40,000 nucleotides of DNA from Bacillus pumilus (GTDB taxonomy: Bacteria > Bacillota > Bacilli > Bacillales > Bacillaceae): NCBI RefSeq assembly GCF_009937765.1, contig NZ_CP047089.1, positions 516,272 to 556,271 on the forward strand. Direction: 5' to 3'. Of the stretch, positions 20,579 to 31,809 are shown in pieces. Within the stretch, counting starts at the first letter, position 1. Every line of letters starts with the position of its first letter. The position numbers and the translations under genes are program-made. The notes under the pieces are model-generated. The model saw nothing but the letters and a program-made list of their open reading frames with translations. It made no database searches and had not been told where the DNA came from.

Positions 20579-20585
20579 ATACGAA

Positions 20586-21029
20586 TTAAAAACTATCCTT
20601 CAGCTTTTCAGGAAGATCAAAGTCCTCAAACGTGAAAGGAACCTCTTCTTCTAGCGCTTCTGAATCCACATCAAGCCCCGCGATCTTTGCAGAATCGAAG
20701 TTCACATCAAACAATGTGACACGCTCTGTGCCTCGGCCGGATGATTTGTCATCCAGTACAGCTTGAATCGTAAAGTACGGATCTTGTCCCTTCTTCACGT
20801 AATTTAACATCAACTGAACGAAACGTGATGTAACCTTATAGAAAGTCGCTGTGCCAGTACCATTTGCACCGGTTGTCTTGTGCCCTGTCATACGACGGCC
20901 CATAACGTTAACTTCTGATTTATTCTTCTCCACGTTTGCCTCAAACGTTTTGATGAACGCCATTTCCTCGCCATCGAGGAAAAGACGTCCTTCCTTACCT
21001 GAAATGGTATTCTGCGCTTTAAAAGCCAT
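20586..21029 (-). CDS. Tail tube protein (XkdM-like)
   Basis: 147 aa. MAFKAQNTISGKEGRLFLDGEEMAFIKTFEANVEKNKSEVNVMG...TGTATFYKVTSRF matches the XkdM-type core tail protein pattern. Confidence 0.85.
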   Translation of the reverse strand: MAFKAQNTISGKEGRLFLDGEEMAFIKTFEANVEKNKSEVNVMGRRMTGHKTTGANGTGTATFYKVTSRFVQLMLNYVKKGQDPYFTIQAVLDDKSSGRGTERVTLFDVNFDSAKIAGLDVDSEALEEEVPFTFEDFDLPEKLKDSF

Positions 21030-21030
21030 C

Positions 21031-22377
21031 TTATTTCACCTCTACATTGAAATAGAATTTTTCAGCTGCATCAACAGGTTGAACAGCTAGATCAATCAAG
21101 AAACCGTCACGATCTTCATTAAGAGCAATTACGATATCTGTTTCAGAATCAAAGCCTGTAATGCCGCTTCCATCTTGGAGTTGCGTGAGATATTGCGTGA
21201 TGAGTGTTTTCACCAGCTGCAACCCATCATCAGATGCCGGAATGTCATTGCCATTTGCTTTGCGTAACTTAATCAGATCCTTCAATTCACGTGTGAGATC
21301 ATTGTTGATCGCATCGAGCACACGAATGATCTTGTTTTTACCGAATGTCTTGTTTTTCTCGGTTGTATAACTTGTCAGAGAGTTGATGTCCTTCTCAACG
21401 CTTACTGTGCGATCACGCGCATCAAACGTAAACAAGAATTCGCCTTGTGATAAGCGGTATTCCACTTGATCATTATCAAGGCGTTCTAACGTATCCACAG
21501 CCCCTTCATATTCCACAAAGGTTAATGACTGATTGAAGTTTGCGCCTGCAGATGCACCGGCAACCCATGCAGTTGCTTTGGCTGGGGTGATCTCTGTGCC
21601 ATCTTCTAGCACGACACCGCTTGTGACATTGATAATTCCTTCATGATCAGCTGCGTAGTTAGCCACAACGCCTTGCACCTTACGCCCTTGATCATCACGC
21701 AACCGCTTAATGAAAGCCACAAATGTCGCTTTTAACTGCTCGCTAGTGTTATTAGGCAGCGCTATTACGTCAAAGTATTCTGTTTCAGCTTCTTCTAAAA
21801 AAGCTGTATAGTCTGCGACACTTGGCACGCCGTTTTTCCCACCGCTTAGTGTTACGCCAGCGGTGATTGTCACTTCACCTTCACCAGAGAACGAAACATA
21901 TTTGTTTTGCTTCAGCTCTTTGACATCAGTGACAACCTGCTTATCAACAATGTCTGTACCAACGTAAGTCACCACATCACGCTTGGAGCTATCCAATACG
22001 TTTTCAGTGACTTGGATCGTGACCTCATTACCTTTCTGTCCGCCATAATTGGCAAGCACATTGAAATTCTCGCTGATCTGAGCCTTTGCAGGTTCGCCTT
22101 CATTCAGGCGATAAAGCAAGACTGTTTGTGCTTTTTTCTTCGCTTCTCGGAAAAGAAGCAGTGATTTGTCATCGATGTTTAATCCGACTTTTTTATTTAA
22201 GTCCTCCATGCCAGAGATAGAGATGAACGTCTTAGGCTCTCCCCAACTCATTGTGATTGGGAGTGCAACGGTGCCGCGATCACCTAACGTGATACGCTGC
22301 TGTGCTGTGGTTTTGAAATTGAAGTAGATACCAGGGCGTTTCTTTTCTGTGCCTGGTGTAAAAGTACCTCCATTCAT
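21031..22377 (-). CDS. Contractile tail sheath protein (XkdK-like)
   Basis: 448 aa. The N-terminus GTFTPGTEKKRPGIYFNF is typical of sheath proteins, and the gene is directly upstream of tube. Confidence 0.85.
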   Translation of the reverse strand: MNGGTFTPGTEKKRPGIYFNFKTTAQQRITLGDRGTVALPITMSWGEPKTFISISGMEDLNKKVGLNIDDKSLLLFREAKKKAQTVLLYRLNEGEPAKAQISENFNVLANYGGQKGNEVTIQVTENVLDSSKRDVVTYVGTDIVDKQVVTDVKELKQNKYVSFSGEGEVTITAGVTLSGGKNGVPSVADYTAFLEEAETEYFDVIALPNNTSEQLKATFVAFIKRLRDDQGRKVQGVVANYAADHEGIINVTSGVVLEDGTEITPAKATAWVAGASAGANFNQSLTFVEYEGAVDTLERLDNDQVEYRLSQGEFLFTFDARDRTVSVEKDINSLTSYTTEKNKTFGKNKIIRVLDAINNDLTRELKDLIKLRKANGNDIPASDDGLQLVKTLITQYLTQLQDGSGITGFDSETDIVIALNEDRDGFLIDLAVQPVDAAEKFYFNVEVK

Positions 22378-22379
22378 GC

Positions 22380-22604
22380 TTAAACCTCCTTAGACAAAAA
22401 AGCATCAATCTGCTTCTTTGCTTCTGTTTTTGTAATTGGTTGATCTTTGATATAAAAAAGAGCACCTTCAAGGATTTCAGGCTTTACGCCAAATACTTCC
22501 TTGCTGTGCTCTTTCAAGGCTTCAAATGAAAATGCTGCTTCTTTAGGAAGAACCGGAGCGGCTTTCTCTTCTTTCACCTGTGATTCATTTTTATTCTTGG
22601 CCAC
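22380..22604 (-). CDS. Small phage protein, function unknown
   Basis: 74 aa, tightly packed between the tail-completion and sheath genes. Confidence 0.5.
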   Translation of the reverse strand: MAKNKNESQVKEEKAAPVLPKEAAFSFEALKEHSKEVFGVKPEILEGALFYIKDQPITKTEAKKQIDAFLSKEV

Positions 22605-23046
22605 TTTTTATCACCCCATCTGAAAAATTTATGTCATCAAGGCTTGGCTGCGCGTCTCGGTTGTACCAATAGGCACTATCCCATGAGAGGATGATCGTTG
22701 CCACACCTTGATCAGCAATCCTTGTTTCAGCCCTCTTAATGCGGACATAATCATCAAGTGGTTCACCTTCTTCACTGACCATCTGAATGATATTCCGATC
22801 CGCTGATAAGGCATCAACGATGGTTTCTGCCGCATCATGAGCCTGCCCCGAATCCTTGTGAAACACTTTAATATGCAGCGTGTATGTTTTGAGGAACGTT
22901 GTAACAGTATCGTTTTTTGTGTTTGTCCATGCTGCTGGAAAGTACATTGAAGGGACCTGAAACTGTTCAGGAATCTCTTTTTCATATACTTTCACCGGAA
23001 ACTGCTTGTAACAATAATGCATGATGGAGCCGACTTCTTGATTCAT
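22591..23046 (-). CDS. Tail completion/terminator-type protein (XkdJ position)
   Basis: The ORF is 22591..23160. I place the start at ATG 23046, 4 nt after the upstream stop. The call is positional. Confidence 0.5.
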   Translation of the reverse strand: MNQEVGSIMHYCYKQFPVKVYEKEIPEQFQVPSMYFPAAWTNTKNDTVTTFLKTYTLHIKVFHKDSGQAHDAAETIVDALSADRNIIQMVSEEGEPLDDYVRIKRAETRIADQGVATIILSWDSAYWYNRDAQPSLDDINFSDGVIKSGQE

Positions 23047-23050
23047 TCCA

Positions 23051-23557
23051 TCACCGCCCAAATTGTTGATCAATCCATTGCTGCAGCTTGCGGTCCAATG
23101 ATTGTTCAAACATCTGTTCAAAGATGGATAATGCATTATCCCAATAGCCGCTGCCCTCAACCCATTGAAATTTCAAGAGCATCCCTGTTTCGGCATTTGG
23201 GTCATATTCAAAACGATCACCAACCCATCTGCCAGGAACCCAACGTCTGTCCTGATTCTTGGAGGGATCAATGGTAAAGTGACCATCGTTTGTGTACGAT
23301 GCGTATTCTAAGTTGGTCCCTACATCTAGGGTGAGACCGCCACTGCTCATTGAAAAGACGTTTTCTTGGTCTCCCTTTTGGAATGAGTTAAGCAAACGCC
23401 GAGCATCCACTGTTTTTGTACGGATAACTTCATCTTGAACGATGTCTAGGAACTCATAACCCATCGCTTCCAACCATTCTTCATATTCAGCTTGCAAGCC
23501 GCCATTAACAGCTGCATTCAAATCCTCTATGAACTGATCAAGACCATCAATCCTCAT
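23051..23557 (-). CDS. HK97 gp10-family phage protein (XkdI position)
   Basis: 168 aa. MRIDGLDQFIEDLN...GGLTLDVGTNLEYASYTNDGH matches the gp10-family pattern. Confidence 0.65.
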   Translation of the reverse strand: MRIDGLDQFIEDLNAAVNGGLQAEYEEWLEAMGYEFLDIVQDEVIRTKTVDARRLLNSFQKGDQENVFSMSSGGLTLDVGTNLEYASYTNDGHFTIDPSKNQDRRWVPGRWVGDRFEYDPNAETGMLLKFQWVEGSGYWDNALSIFEQMFEQSLDRKLQQWIDQQFGR

Positions 23558-23910
23558 AGGCTTTCACTCCTCATCGCTACCACCTCAATATGATGGTTTT
23601 TGATCCGTCTGGGCTTTTGGAGTTTCAATGTCACACCTTCCCATACCACTTTATCGTTCAGGCGGACATCGGCGGTAATAGGAAAATGAACAAGGTACGA
23701 TTGATGAATGGTTGCGTTTGGCTCCTGCTGTGTGATGTTTTGATTTCTCTCTGTGAAGTAACATGCTTGATCAACTTGATCAGGCTCATCAGGATATGAA
23801 AAGACAGGCTGCGCATCTTGAACAGGTATTCCATAGCGATCTTTTGACAGCTGCTCATTCTTTAAGTGGAAAATATCGCATCGATCCGTTAGCAATGATT
23901 GATAGCTCAT
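23554..23910 (-). CDS. Head-closure / head-tail adaptor protein (YqbH position)
   Basis: 118 aa, with overlapping stop/start codons on both sides. The call is positional. Confidence 0.5.
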   Translation of the reverse strand: MSYQSLLTDRCDIFHLKNEQLSKDRYGIPVQDAQPVFSYPDEPDQVDQACYFTERNQNITQQEPNATIHQSYLVHFPITADVRLNDKVVWEGVTLKLQKPRRIKNHHIEVVAMRSESL

Positions 23911-24299
23911 AACGATCTCAACCTCATTCTTACACTTGCCGGATCTTCCGGTGGATCAATTGGCTCAATGAAATCTATCAACAGGTTATACACATCTGGT
24001 TTTGATATGGCGTTACCATCTGCCAGTGTATAAGAGTAGTCGCCAATCTTTTCTGACTTGTACCCTTTGATGATTGATTCATCTCCGTTGATCAGCGCAA
24101 AGAACTGCGCCATTTTAATCAATGCGATTCTTGCTTTTTCAGGAAGCGGCTGATATTTTTCACTTGTGAAATCATGACCTACGATCTTAAATACCTCAGC
24201 TTCAGCCTCAATGATGTCACTTTCCAATAATTCATCTGAGCGGTTTTTTACGCTCTCGAATACGGTATACGCCCTAACTTCTTCAGGAGAGATCAGCAT
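23907..24299 (-). CDS. Head-tail connector protein (gp6-like / YqbG position)
   Basis: 130 aa, assigned by its position after the capsid module. Confidence 0.5.
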   Translation of the reverse strand: MLISPEEVRAYTVFESVKNRSDELLESDIIEAEAEVFKIVGHDFTSEKYQPLPEKARIALIKMAQFFALINGDESIIKGYKSEKIGDYSYTLADGNAISKPDVYNLLIDFIEPIDPPEDPASVRMRLRSL

Positions 24300-24304
24300 C
24301 AGCC

Positions 24305-24664
24305 TTACTCTCCTGCTTTTTCTTGTTGCTGTTGATGATCGAGGATGAAGGCAATTCTTTCACTCTTATCTTTGAGCTGAGACGGATCGCCGCCAAGATC
24401 AATAATAATGGCTTCTTGTTCAGTTTTGTTCATGCCCTTCAATTCAGTTTCAGAGTAGATTTTTGCTTCTTGTGCCGGTTCTTCTTCCTCTTTCATTATA
24501 TCATCAACAGGAGCTTTCACTTCTTTACAAATGAAAAACTCATTGCCATCGAGATATTGATAAACTTTTTTCTCAATATCCTTAACTTGGTTAACAAGAA
24601 AGACATGCCCCATCACAGCGTATGTCTTTCCCTTGATCAAAACCGCTGAATACATGTTGATCAC
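24305..24664 (-). CDS. Small head-associated protein (YqbF position) with a C-terminal HeH/SAP-like motif
   Basis: 119 aa, with [35 protein letters not shown] near the C-terminus. Confidence 0.45.
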   Translation of the reverse strand: MINMYSAVLIKGKTYAVMGHVFLVNQVKDIEKKVYQYLDGNEFFICKEVKAPVDDIMKEEEEPAQEAKIYSETELKGMNKTEQEAIIIDLGGDPSQLKDKSERIAFILDHQQQQEKAGE

Positions 24665-25590
24665 TCCTTGACCTTGATGATCTTAGCAACAGCATCCTCT
24701 TCCTCGAATTTGCTGTCGAGCTTCGCAGTCAACACAATGATGAATTTACGTCTACGGATGTCCTTATCAACCTCGATACGAATATTGCGAGAGAAGCCAA
24801 GGATAATGTTTTTCGGATGAGTCAATAAGATGTCCGAAACATCTGTGCCGTCCTCTCCCATTTCATATGGCTGCATGTTTGCAATACCTTTGACCGGAAC
24901 ACCGAATGCAGAAGAAAGCCCACCTTGTACAGCCGCATCCCCTAGATTCGTTTGACGATCCGCTACTTTGTCTTTCCATTCAACTTCTTGCCCTGGGGAC
25001 GTATAGAAGCGGAATTCTTGTGGAATACGCAAATATTTAGATGGAACAGCTTTGTATCCCTGTTTAAACACTTGGCGTGTAAGTGGTTCGCCAGCTACAT
25101 CTACGATATGGGATTCCGCTTGTTTACGGATACCATCTAGCTGAGCGAGGTAAGCATCAGATGACGCTGTATTACCATTAAGGATCAATTCTTCAATATC
25201 AACGGCTGCACGCTCAGCGAGCATTTGCATGATAGTATTTTGTAAATTGTCACCCTCAATATTGTTCTCCAACGTATCATATGTGATATTTACTTCAGCG
25301 ATGACTTCTTTTGCAGTTAGCTGAACAGTGCTTGTTGTTGGTGCAACTCGATCTTTTGCATCAAGCGCTTTGCCTTCTTCTCCTGCACGCAAGATACGTT
25401 GACCAAAACCGATTTTTTCAATCTTTTGCGAATCGCTTTCCATTGGAATGACACGTGCATCTTGCAGCAGGGTTGGTGTGTTTTGCACCATACGAATAAA
25501 TGTAGATGCTTGCGTCGGATTCATGAGACCGCCTGTCTTTAATGTACCAAGCGTCACTTCCGCTTTGTTAATTACATCTTTATTTCTCAC
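24661..25590 (-). CDS. Major capsid protein (XkdG-like)
   Basis: The ORF is 24661..25629. I place the start at GTG 25590, after AGGAGG, which avoids overlap with the upstream gene. About 309 aa, downstream of protease/scaffold. Confidence 0.75.
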   Translation of the reverse strand: MRNKDVINKAEVTLGTLKTGGLMNPTQASTFIRMVQNTPTLLQDARVIPMESDSQKIEKIGFGQRILRAGEEGKALDAKDRVAPTTSTVQLTAKEVIAEVNITYDTLENNIEGDNLQNTIMQMLAERAAVDIEELILNGNTASSDAYLAQLDGIRKQAESHIVDVAGEPLTRQVFKQGYKAVPSKYLRIPQEFRFYTSPGQEVEWKDKVADRQTNLGDAAVQGGLSSAFGVPVKGIANMQPYEMGEDGTDVSDILLTHPKNIILGFSRNIRIEVDKDIRRRKFIIVLTAKLDSKFEEEDAVAKIIKVKE

Positions 25591-25612
25591 GTTAGTTCCT
25601 CCTTTTCTCGGC

Positions 25613-26764
25613 TTAAAGCAAGCCATCAAATACAGATTTTTGTAAGTCTTGTTGTTGATCTCCTACACCATTACCTTGCGGACGTGCTTTTTCCAGTGCT
25701 TCGACTCGTTCAACAACTGGAGCCAATGCCTTTTCTACAGCTGCGGCCATTTCTTTTGCGACCTCTTCATCAATTTGTTTTTCTTGCGGATCAGGTTGCT
25801 TCTCGCCTTCTCCTTTTTCAAGGTCATCCAGACGCTTTACAACCGGTGCAATTGTTTCCTCTAGCATCTTTTGCAGATCTTCTTTTTTCACTTCTTCTTC
25901 CTCCTTCTCTTCCGCTTGACTTAGCAAGTTGTCAATAGCGGCTCTTGCATTTTTTAGCTCATTCAGGTTAGCAGCTGAAAACTTTTTACCTGCTTTTGCG
26001 ACTTCTTCAGGTGGATCAGTCTGGATTCCCGCTAAGTCATCAGTAAGCAAAATCTCTTGTGTGATTTCCACAAAATCTTGCAGTGCTGACCTAACCTTGT
26101 CAGGATCAGTCTCCAAGTCTTCATCGTCGTAAGAATCCCATTTATACAAAACGGAATTCAGCGCCTCTTGTGCCGCCCAAAACTCACGACGCATGCGGCC
26201 TTTGTCGTATCGGTTCTTTACTTCTCCTTTTGATAAAAAGAAGTTTTTGAGCAAAGAAAAAAGCCCCTTCTCTTCAGAAGCTGGCTCACGCTCTTGTTTT
26301 CCTATGTCTGCTGTACCGGCCATAGAATATCCGGTGATCTCGCCCTTTTGAATCTGTTCCCAGATTTCATCAGATGCTTTTGTCACAAGGACCCACGAGC
26401 CTTTCTTGATAATCTCTTCGCCCATTTCAAAGTCGGAAGGAGCGATATAAGATTCAACGACTTCCCCGACACCGCCCTCAAAATCGTGCTGCTTGTCGAT
26501 CTCACGTGCATCCTTCAGGAACCCATGAGCGGCTTTTTCGATTTCTTCTGGTGTCATGTAATCCCCATGTGCATCGGCAACGTTTGGTTCGTATACAATA
26601 CCGTACACAAGACGCTGTGCATCATCAGCTTTGGCAATGACTTTGATTTGTTTTTCAAAGTCATTTTCTTTTTCTGACTTCATAAAAAAGAACTGCTTTT
26701 GATTAGCAGCCTTGTCCACGTATGAAACGTGTGTGATCTTCGCATTAATCAATTCGCGTGGCAA
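25613..26764 (-). CDS. XkdF-like prohead serine protease fused to an acidic scaffold-like C-terminal region
   Basis: [22 protein letters not shown]...[29 protein letters not shown]...ITGYSMAG is the XkdF pattern. The C-terminal half is E/K-rich coiled coil. The start is probably TTG 26764, 8 nt after AAGGAGG. Confidence 0.75.
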   Translation of the reverse strand: MPRELINAKITHVSYVDKAANQKQFFFMKSEKENDFEKQIKVIAKADDAQRLVYGIVYEPNVADAHGDYMTPEEIEKAAHGFLKDAREIDKQHDFEGGVGEVVESYIAPSDFEMGEEIIKKGSWVLVTKASDEIWEQIQKGEITGYSMAGTADIGKQEREPASEEKGLFSLLKNFFLSKGEVKNRYDKGRMRREFWAAQEALNSVLYKWDSYDDEDLETDPDKVRSALQDFVEITQEILLTDDLAGIQTDPPEEVAKAGKKFSAANLNELKNARAAIDNLLSQAEEKEEEEVKKEDLQKMLEETIAPVVKRLDDLEKGEGEKQPDPQEKQIDEEVAKEMAAAVEKALAPVVERVEALEKARPQGNGVGDQQQDLQKSVFDGLL

Positions 26765-26765
26765 T

Positions 26766-27683
26766 TCATTCACCTCCTTTCAAAACAGATTCCCTGATAG
26801 CTTCTTTTTCCTCAGCTGACAGTCCTAGAATAACAGGATCAACCACAGGTCCAACCGCACAATGGCAGTTAACCCGCTCTTTTGGCGTGAGTTGTGTATC
26901 TCTCGGAAACATACATCGCTCTCCGCTGCCTGGTATCTCGAATTCCTCATCGAGAGGAATGATCGTTCCATCCAGCTGCACATGACTATCCCTCGACTGA
27001 TTCTTTTTCCCTCCGCTGTGCTTCCACTTCTTCCCCGTTACAGCTGGAGATTGTACATATGATTCATGTTGAGCAACAGAAGAAGCGGTCAACACTTCAG
27101 TTATAGCTGTTACACGTGCTCGTTTCCGGCTGAATTCAGGAAGGTCTTTCAGCTCCAGTTCAATCTCTTGGATAGAGCGGCCTTCTTTTATTCCTTCCTT
27201 CAACGTTTGCTCAATGGCCGTATGAGTATTCAGCTTCATCAGCTGCGCCAATTCCTGTGACCATGATTCAATCCACTGTTCAGTTTTCTCAGAAAGCACC
27301 TTGAAAGGAATATCTGCATCGATGGAATGCATGATCTTCTCAGCCAGCTGCGTGACAGTCAGTGTTAGAAAAACAGCCGTTTCTTTTCCGAACAACTCCG
27401 CAAATTCATCTGAAGTGAATAGATCATTATTAAAAAACGCTAGAATTGATTCTAACGTCTCTGAATCATCCTTGGATATAAAACCATTCAGTGCGTTCAA
27501 AAACGTCCTGCGTTGCAATCTGAACAATCTAGCGATGGTTTTCTCATAATCCTCCACCAAAGAAGGTATATCCTCCAGTTCAGGGAAATCAGCCACCGCC
27601 GCTTTGAGTTCCTCGACTTCATCCGATTCCGCTTTTTGCACAAAGGTATTGATGTTTTTTATCAGCTGATCAATCTTACTCAT
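26766..27683 (-). CDS. Head morphogenesis protein (SPP1 gp7 / Mu F-like)
   Basis: 305 aa, directly after portal, with the C-terminal ...FPRDTQLTPKERVNCHCAVGPV typical of the family. Confidence 0.7.
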   Translation of the reverse strand: MSKIDQLIKNINTFVQKAESDEVEELKAAVADFPELEDIPSLVEDYEKTIARLFRLQRRTFLNALNGFISKDDSETLESILAFFNNDLFTSDEFAELFGKETAVFLTLTVTQLAEKIMHSIDADIPFKVLSEKTEQWIESWSQELAQLMKLNTHTAIEQTLKEGIKEGRSIQEIELELKDLPEFSRKRARVTAITEVLTASSVAQHESYVQSPAVTGKKWKHSGGKKNQSRDSHVQLDGTIIPLDEEFEIPGSGERCMFPRDTQLTPKERVNCHCAVGPVVDPVILGLSAEEKEAIRESVLKGGE

Positions 27684-29209
27684 TTGCGGATCTCCTCTAG
27701 TTCATCCCTAAGGTCTTTTAAGAGATGGATCAAATCTTCCTGGGAACCCGCAGACTTCTGAAAAACCGTATCAAGCAAGCTAGTTGATGCCTTTGGCTTC
27801 GCTTCAATTGGTCGGTGGTATTCTTCCTCTGGCCATTCTTCTAATGTTTTTCCTAGAATACGGCCAGCCAGATCACGCAGGTCATTCGGTGAAACCGCTC
27901 CTGCCTGAATAAACGGTGTAAGAACCTTTGCAATTTCGAGCGGATCACGAAAGTCAGGACCATTTAATATTAGTCGCACATGCCAGAGATCGAGATCAGG
28001 AAGAAATAGCGTATTGAGCTTGCCAGTGATGATCATTCTTTCTGGCTGAAATACCTGCTCTTCAGTTGTCTTCCGAGCGGTGTCAGCTGTGGCCTTGTTA
28101 TAATCCTGTGATTCGCCTGTGTAGATCGGCGGCAGACGGAATGAAGAACGTATCTTGTTTCTCGTCTTCTCATCGTATTCCAAAAAGAGTGCATCCTCCT
28201 GAAGAATCTCGGCCAGTGATTTTATTTCAACTTTCACAGGTGCAGGGTCTTCATCATTGCTTACTTCGTCCTTTTTCTTTTTAGGAATCCCTTCGACTTC
28301 AAGCAAAAGGAATTTATGTGCATTGTCTGAACCCTCGATGCCATTCATGTACTCTTGCAGCTGTTCATATGATGCTTCAGATAGCATTCCATTCTCTACA
28401 GTAATTGCAGCCGGCACATGACGACCTTGTTTAAAGTACAGATAGTTCAGCTCTTCAGCTTTACGCGCACCGTACATATTGACGATGTTACCAATCCAAC
28501 GAGGAACACCATATGTACCGCTGCCAATCTTAAAGTGGATGACTTCGCTTGCTACAAGTTCAGGGGGAGTTTTTTCGCTATATTCTCCCGTAGCAGCGTT
28601 CATTGTTCTTGGATCTCCGTACTCTTTGAAGAATACTTTTTTAGTGTTTATCTGCTGAACATACTTTCTGAACCGCTTCATTCTTTTGAGGGATTTGACT
28701 TGACCATGATCTGTATATTTAAAGTCGATCTCGACAGGATCGCCTATCTTACATATTCGCATGTGTTGAGCATCTAAATATTCAATCCCTGCTGGTTGCC
28801 CTGTGCCATTACGTAACACTTCAAGAAAGCCATTCCCTGTCCGCTCCCGATCTTCTATCACATATCCTAGAACCACTTCGGCTGCTTCATCATAGTTCAT
28901 GTATCGCACAAGCTCCTCAAGCCTCGTCCATTCTTTTTCAGCAGCGCCTTTCTTTCCTTCTGGTGCATCCTCAGCGTTGAAATCAAAGACATATTCAATT
29001 CCTAAGCCGAAACCTAGAATGTTGGTTTTATACGCATCGATGCATTGCTGAAGAATGGTAGAATACTCAGCTATTTGTTTAAGCTCTGTGATATTGTACG
29101 GCGGCTCGATAACGTCATCAGCCTCATAATTAAAGCCATCGTCATGAATTTGTTTGGTAGTTTGAGAGATGTCTGCTTTAAACACAGTTGCTTTCACATG
29201 TTTTGTCAT
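27680..29209 (-). CDS. Portal protein (PBSX XkdE-type)
   Basis: 509 aa. It has ATGA-type overlaps with TerL and the gp7-like gene, and size and order match the portal. Confidence 0.8.
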   Translation of the reverse strand: MTKHVKATVFKADISQTTKQIHDDGFNYEADDVIEPPYNITELKQIAEYSTILQQCIDAYKTNILGFGLGIEYVFDFNAEDAPEGKKGAAEKEWTRLEELVRYMNYDEAAEVVLGYVIEDRERTGNGFLEVLRNGTGQPAGIEYLDAQHMRICKIGDPVEIDFKYTDHGQVKSLKRMKRFRKYVQQINTKKVFFKEYGDPRTMNAATGEYSEKTPPELVASEVIHFKIGSGTYGVPRWIGNIVNMYGARKAEELNYLYFKQGRHVPAAITVENGMLSEASYEQLQEYMNGIEGSDNAHKFLLLEVEGIPKKKKDEVSNDEDPAPVKVEIKSLAEILQEDALFLEYDEKTRNKIRSSFRLPPIYTGESQDYNKATADTARKTTEEQVFQPERMIITGKLNTLFLPDLDLWHVRLILNGPDFRDPLEIAKVLTPFIQAGAVSPNDLRDLAGRILGKTLEEWPEEEYHRPIEAKPKASTSLLDTVFQKSAGSQEDLIHLLKDLRDELEEIRK

Positions 29210-30519
29210 AGCCTTCTCATCGACCTCCTTTCTCTGTTTGGACGGACACGCTCTTTAGGCTGCTCTTTCAGATCGGTGACTTCATAGTCATCTAACGCAT
29301 ACCAGATGGCTGAAAAAGTATGTGGGTCAATCTGAAACTCGTCCTCTATGATATTGCCACGCTTGTCTGTCTTGTACGTGAGCGGCTGAAGCTCATAGAT
29401 CGTGTTTTTGCATGAGTCGGAACAAATGATCTTCTTAAACCGCTTGATCTTCTTGGTATACTGCAAGCGTGATCCCTGAAACTTATGAGCCGGGACCATG
29501 TTGTATCCCATCTTGCGGAAATATGCGATTGTCTTTTGTTCGTTGTCTGCCTTTATCAGCTCTTTTGTTTCAATGAACTCTTTCAAGTCCTCAACTGTGA
29601 CATCATCAGTTTTACCGCGATCGTAATACTCCCAATAGATATATAGATACTTCTTCTCGTGATCGACAGCCAACCTAACCACAGCGTTATATGAATCAAC
29701 GAAACCAAAGTCCATGCCCGCTCTAAGCAAAGGACGATTGATATTTGAGATGGCCAGCATCACATCTTCATGCGGCTGCACCTCGAATTGTGGCAGAACA
29801 CGAATTCCGTTTATGCCAAAATGACCTTTTCGGGCAATTCGATAAAGGTCGGGATCGTATTCCTTTAGTTCGTCCAGCTGCTTGATATAGCTCACAGGTA
29901 GAAATAGGTTATCTTCTGCCGTCGAGTGGTGATAGTACGTATCGTTGATAGCGATCGTTCGCTCTTTGTATAACCTTTCATCGTCCAGGATAAATCGGTT
30001 ATTTTGATCGTCCTTAAAGAAATGTCTGTACGTCCAATTATCCTGACCGACAGGGTTCGTTGATAGGATCATGTGTAAATCCATAGTCGGGTGACGCAAA
30101 CGACCAAGCAGCTCCTTGAATCCCTCATACTTCACTTCTGAACATTCTTCAATCCATATGATCGAGATGTTGTTGATCGACTTCAGCTTGGCGGGCTTGT
30201 CCAACCCTTTGAAAATGATCCGGCTCCCGTTATGGAATTTAAGCATGAGCGGTGATGTCCGGCATTGAATGACATGATCGAGGCCAAGATCATTCACGAT
30301 CTCTTCAAATAAAGAAAACGTGGAATCTCTGTGCGTATCATAGACTTCACGAATAACCAGGGCTGTTCTCTTTTCATCTAGCAACTTTAAGATGAGCTTC
30401 AGGGCAATATGATAGCTTTTAGATGAACCGTAACCACCCACTAGGAACTGAAACTTCAGTTCCCAGTCAAAGAGAAAATCTTCAAAGTGTGGATTGACTT
30501 CCTTCTCCATCAGTTGCAT
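29206..30519 (-). CDS. Terminase large subunit (PBSX XtmB-type)
   Basis: 437 aa with a Walker A-like VGGYGSSKS and a Walker B-like IIWIEE. Confidence 0.85.
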   Translation of the reverse strand: MQLMEKEVNPHFEDFLFDWELKFQFLVGGYGSSKSYHIALKLILKLLDEKRTALVIREVYDTHRDSTFSLFEEIVNDLGLDHVIQCRTSPLMLKFHNGSRIIFKGLDKPAKLKSINNISIIWIEECSEVKYEGFKELLGRLRHPTMDLHMILSTNPVGQDNWTYRHFFKDDQNNRFILDDERLYKERTIAINDTYYHHSTAEDNLFLPVSYIKQLDELKEYDPDLYRIARKGHFGINGIRVLPQFEVQPHEDVMLAISNINRPLLRAGMDFGFVDSYNAVVRLAVDHEKKYLYIYWEYYDRGKTDDVTVEDLKEFIETKELIKADNEQKTIAYFRKMGYNMVPAHKFQGSRLQYTKKIKRFKKIICSDSCKNTIYELQPLTYKTDKRGNIIEDEFQIDPHTFSAIWYALDDYEVTDLKEQPKERVRPNRERRSMRRL

Positions 30520-31403
30520 CAGCCATCACCTTTTTTCTTTGCTCTCTTTATAGTAATTTGAACCGAATCATCGACAGGTCGAGCGGTGATTCGCTCCAGC
30601 TCTGCCTCTCTCGTTCGGTTTGCAAGATCAAGGCCACGCAGCCTCAATTCATGCTCTGACATAGTTTTCATAATGTCGTGTTTCTGCCTAATGGCTTTAA
30701 GACGCTTGTCTGTTACTCGCGTCAATGCTTCCTCTATTTCAAGGATGCGGTCAATCACAGGTAATTGAGTTTCTTCCACCTCAGTGACTACAAGACGCTC
30801 ATTGATAATCGGAACGTATTTGACAACACCATTCTCACTTGTGGATGGTGCAACGTCTTTTGTCTTCCTAAGTTGCTGAAGAACACGTCGCTGATTATCG
30901 GTTAAACCATTTTCATACTTCATGATCCTGTGCATCATGCGCCGCTCTCGAATACTAAGCTCTCGTATGGTCAATTCAATTTGATAGAGCGGATCGGTCT
31001 CGATCTGCTCAAAGAGTTCCTTTTCTGTGTCGTCCATGTAATCGAACATAATTGATTCAAATTCACCTGTTCGCACAGAATTTCTGTTTCCTTTTGGAGC
31101 ACCACCAGTATTCCCTTTAGCGTTTTGGTTACCAGGTGGAGCTTTACCGCCTTTATTCCCTTTGGCATTTTTACTGCCTTTTGGAGCACCAGGGCGTTTA
31201 GTAACGTTACCATTGGTTTTCTCTTTTGGTTTAGTAACGTTACCATTCAATTTCTCATCCCAAAAGTCTTGGTTCTTCCATTTGCGGATAAGCGTTTGAG
31301 AACACTCTAATTCTTCAGCAATGTCTTTCAGTAAGCGGGTTCCATTGCTTTTCTTCCACAACTGGAATGCCTGATCTCTTTTGGGATTTCGCGGTCTAGC
31401 CAT
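30519..31403 (-). CDS. Terminase small subunit (XtmA/YqaS-type) with an N-terminal HTH and Gly/Asn/Lys-rich repeats
   Basis: 294 aa with [19 protein letters not shown] as the HTH. The repeats are [54 protein letters not shown]. The gene overlaps TerL by 1 nt (TGATG). Confidence 0.7.
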   Translation of the reverse strand: MARPRNPKRDQAFQLWKKSNGTRLLKDIAEELECSQTLIRKWKNQDFWDEKLNGNVTKPKEKTNGNVTKRPGAPKGSKNAKGNKGGKAPPGNQNAKGNTGGAPKGNRNSVRTGEFESIMFDYMDDTEKELFEQIETDPLYQIELTIRELSIRERRMMHRIMKYENGLTDNQRRVLQQLRKTKDVAPSTSENGVVKYVPIINERLVVTEVEETQLPVIDRILEIEEALTRVTDKRLKAIRQKHDIMKTMSEHELRLRGLDLANRTREAELERITARPVDDSVQITIKRAKKKGDG

Positions 31404-31449
31404 TACATATCACCCACCTCCGAGCTATTGAATTAAGTTTGAGTTGTTT

Positions 31450-31698
31450 TTAAATTTCATCGTTTTTCAGCAGGTACATTTCTAGCTCAATGAGTTTTTT
31501 CAGATCTTCCACAGTAGTCAATTTTATGTTTCCTGCTTTAAAATCTCTGACCCATTGAGAGATTCCAGCTTGAGCGATTTTACGATAATTTTCTTTTGAT
31601 TTATCAATACCTTCAGCCTGTTCAGCTTGAAGAATCATAAGCATTTCCGTCTTTTCTTCGTCAGAAAGGGAACGTTTGTTTGTATTCCCTGTTGTCAT
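31450..31698 (-). CDS. Small phage protein preceding terS, function unknown
   Basis: 82 aa with SD GGAGGACAGGGAG. Confidence 0.5.
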   Translation of the reverse strand: MTTGNTNKRSLSDEEKTEMLMILQAEQAEGIDKSKENYRKIAQAGISQWVRDFKAGNIKLTTVEDLKKLIELEMYLLKNDEI

Positions 31699-31699
31699 T

Positions 31700-31787
31700 C
31701 TCCCTGTCCTCCATTACAATAGTGGATGAGAGCGTGATATTTTCCCACAAACGCGGCCGCGTCTTGATCACGCTCTTAGGCAGGGAG
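31700..31787 (-). promoter_or_regulatory. Nested inverted repeats in the leader of the packaging operon
   Basis: Three levels are seen directly. The outer pair is CTCCCTG (31700-31706, overlapping the SD) with CAGGGAG (31781-31787). The middle pair is AGAGCGTGAT (31729-31738) with ATCACGCTCT (31767-31776). The centre is the palindrome ACGCGGCCGCGT (31751-31762, containing a NotI site). Confidence 0.6.
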
Positions 31788-31809
31788 TTTCTTTCTTTGC
31801 CTTTGAAGG

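Noticed and set aside
22591-23160. N-terminal extensions of several track ORFs: 22591..23160, 37419..37814, 24661..25629, 12725..13891 and 164..586.
   Set aside because: In each case an internal start with a proper SD removes a long overlap with the upstream gene. The extended parts look like out-of-context sequence.
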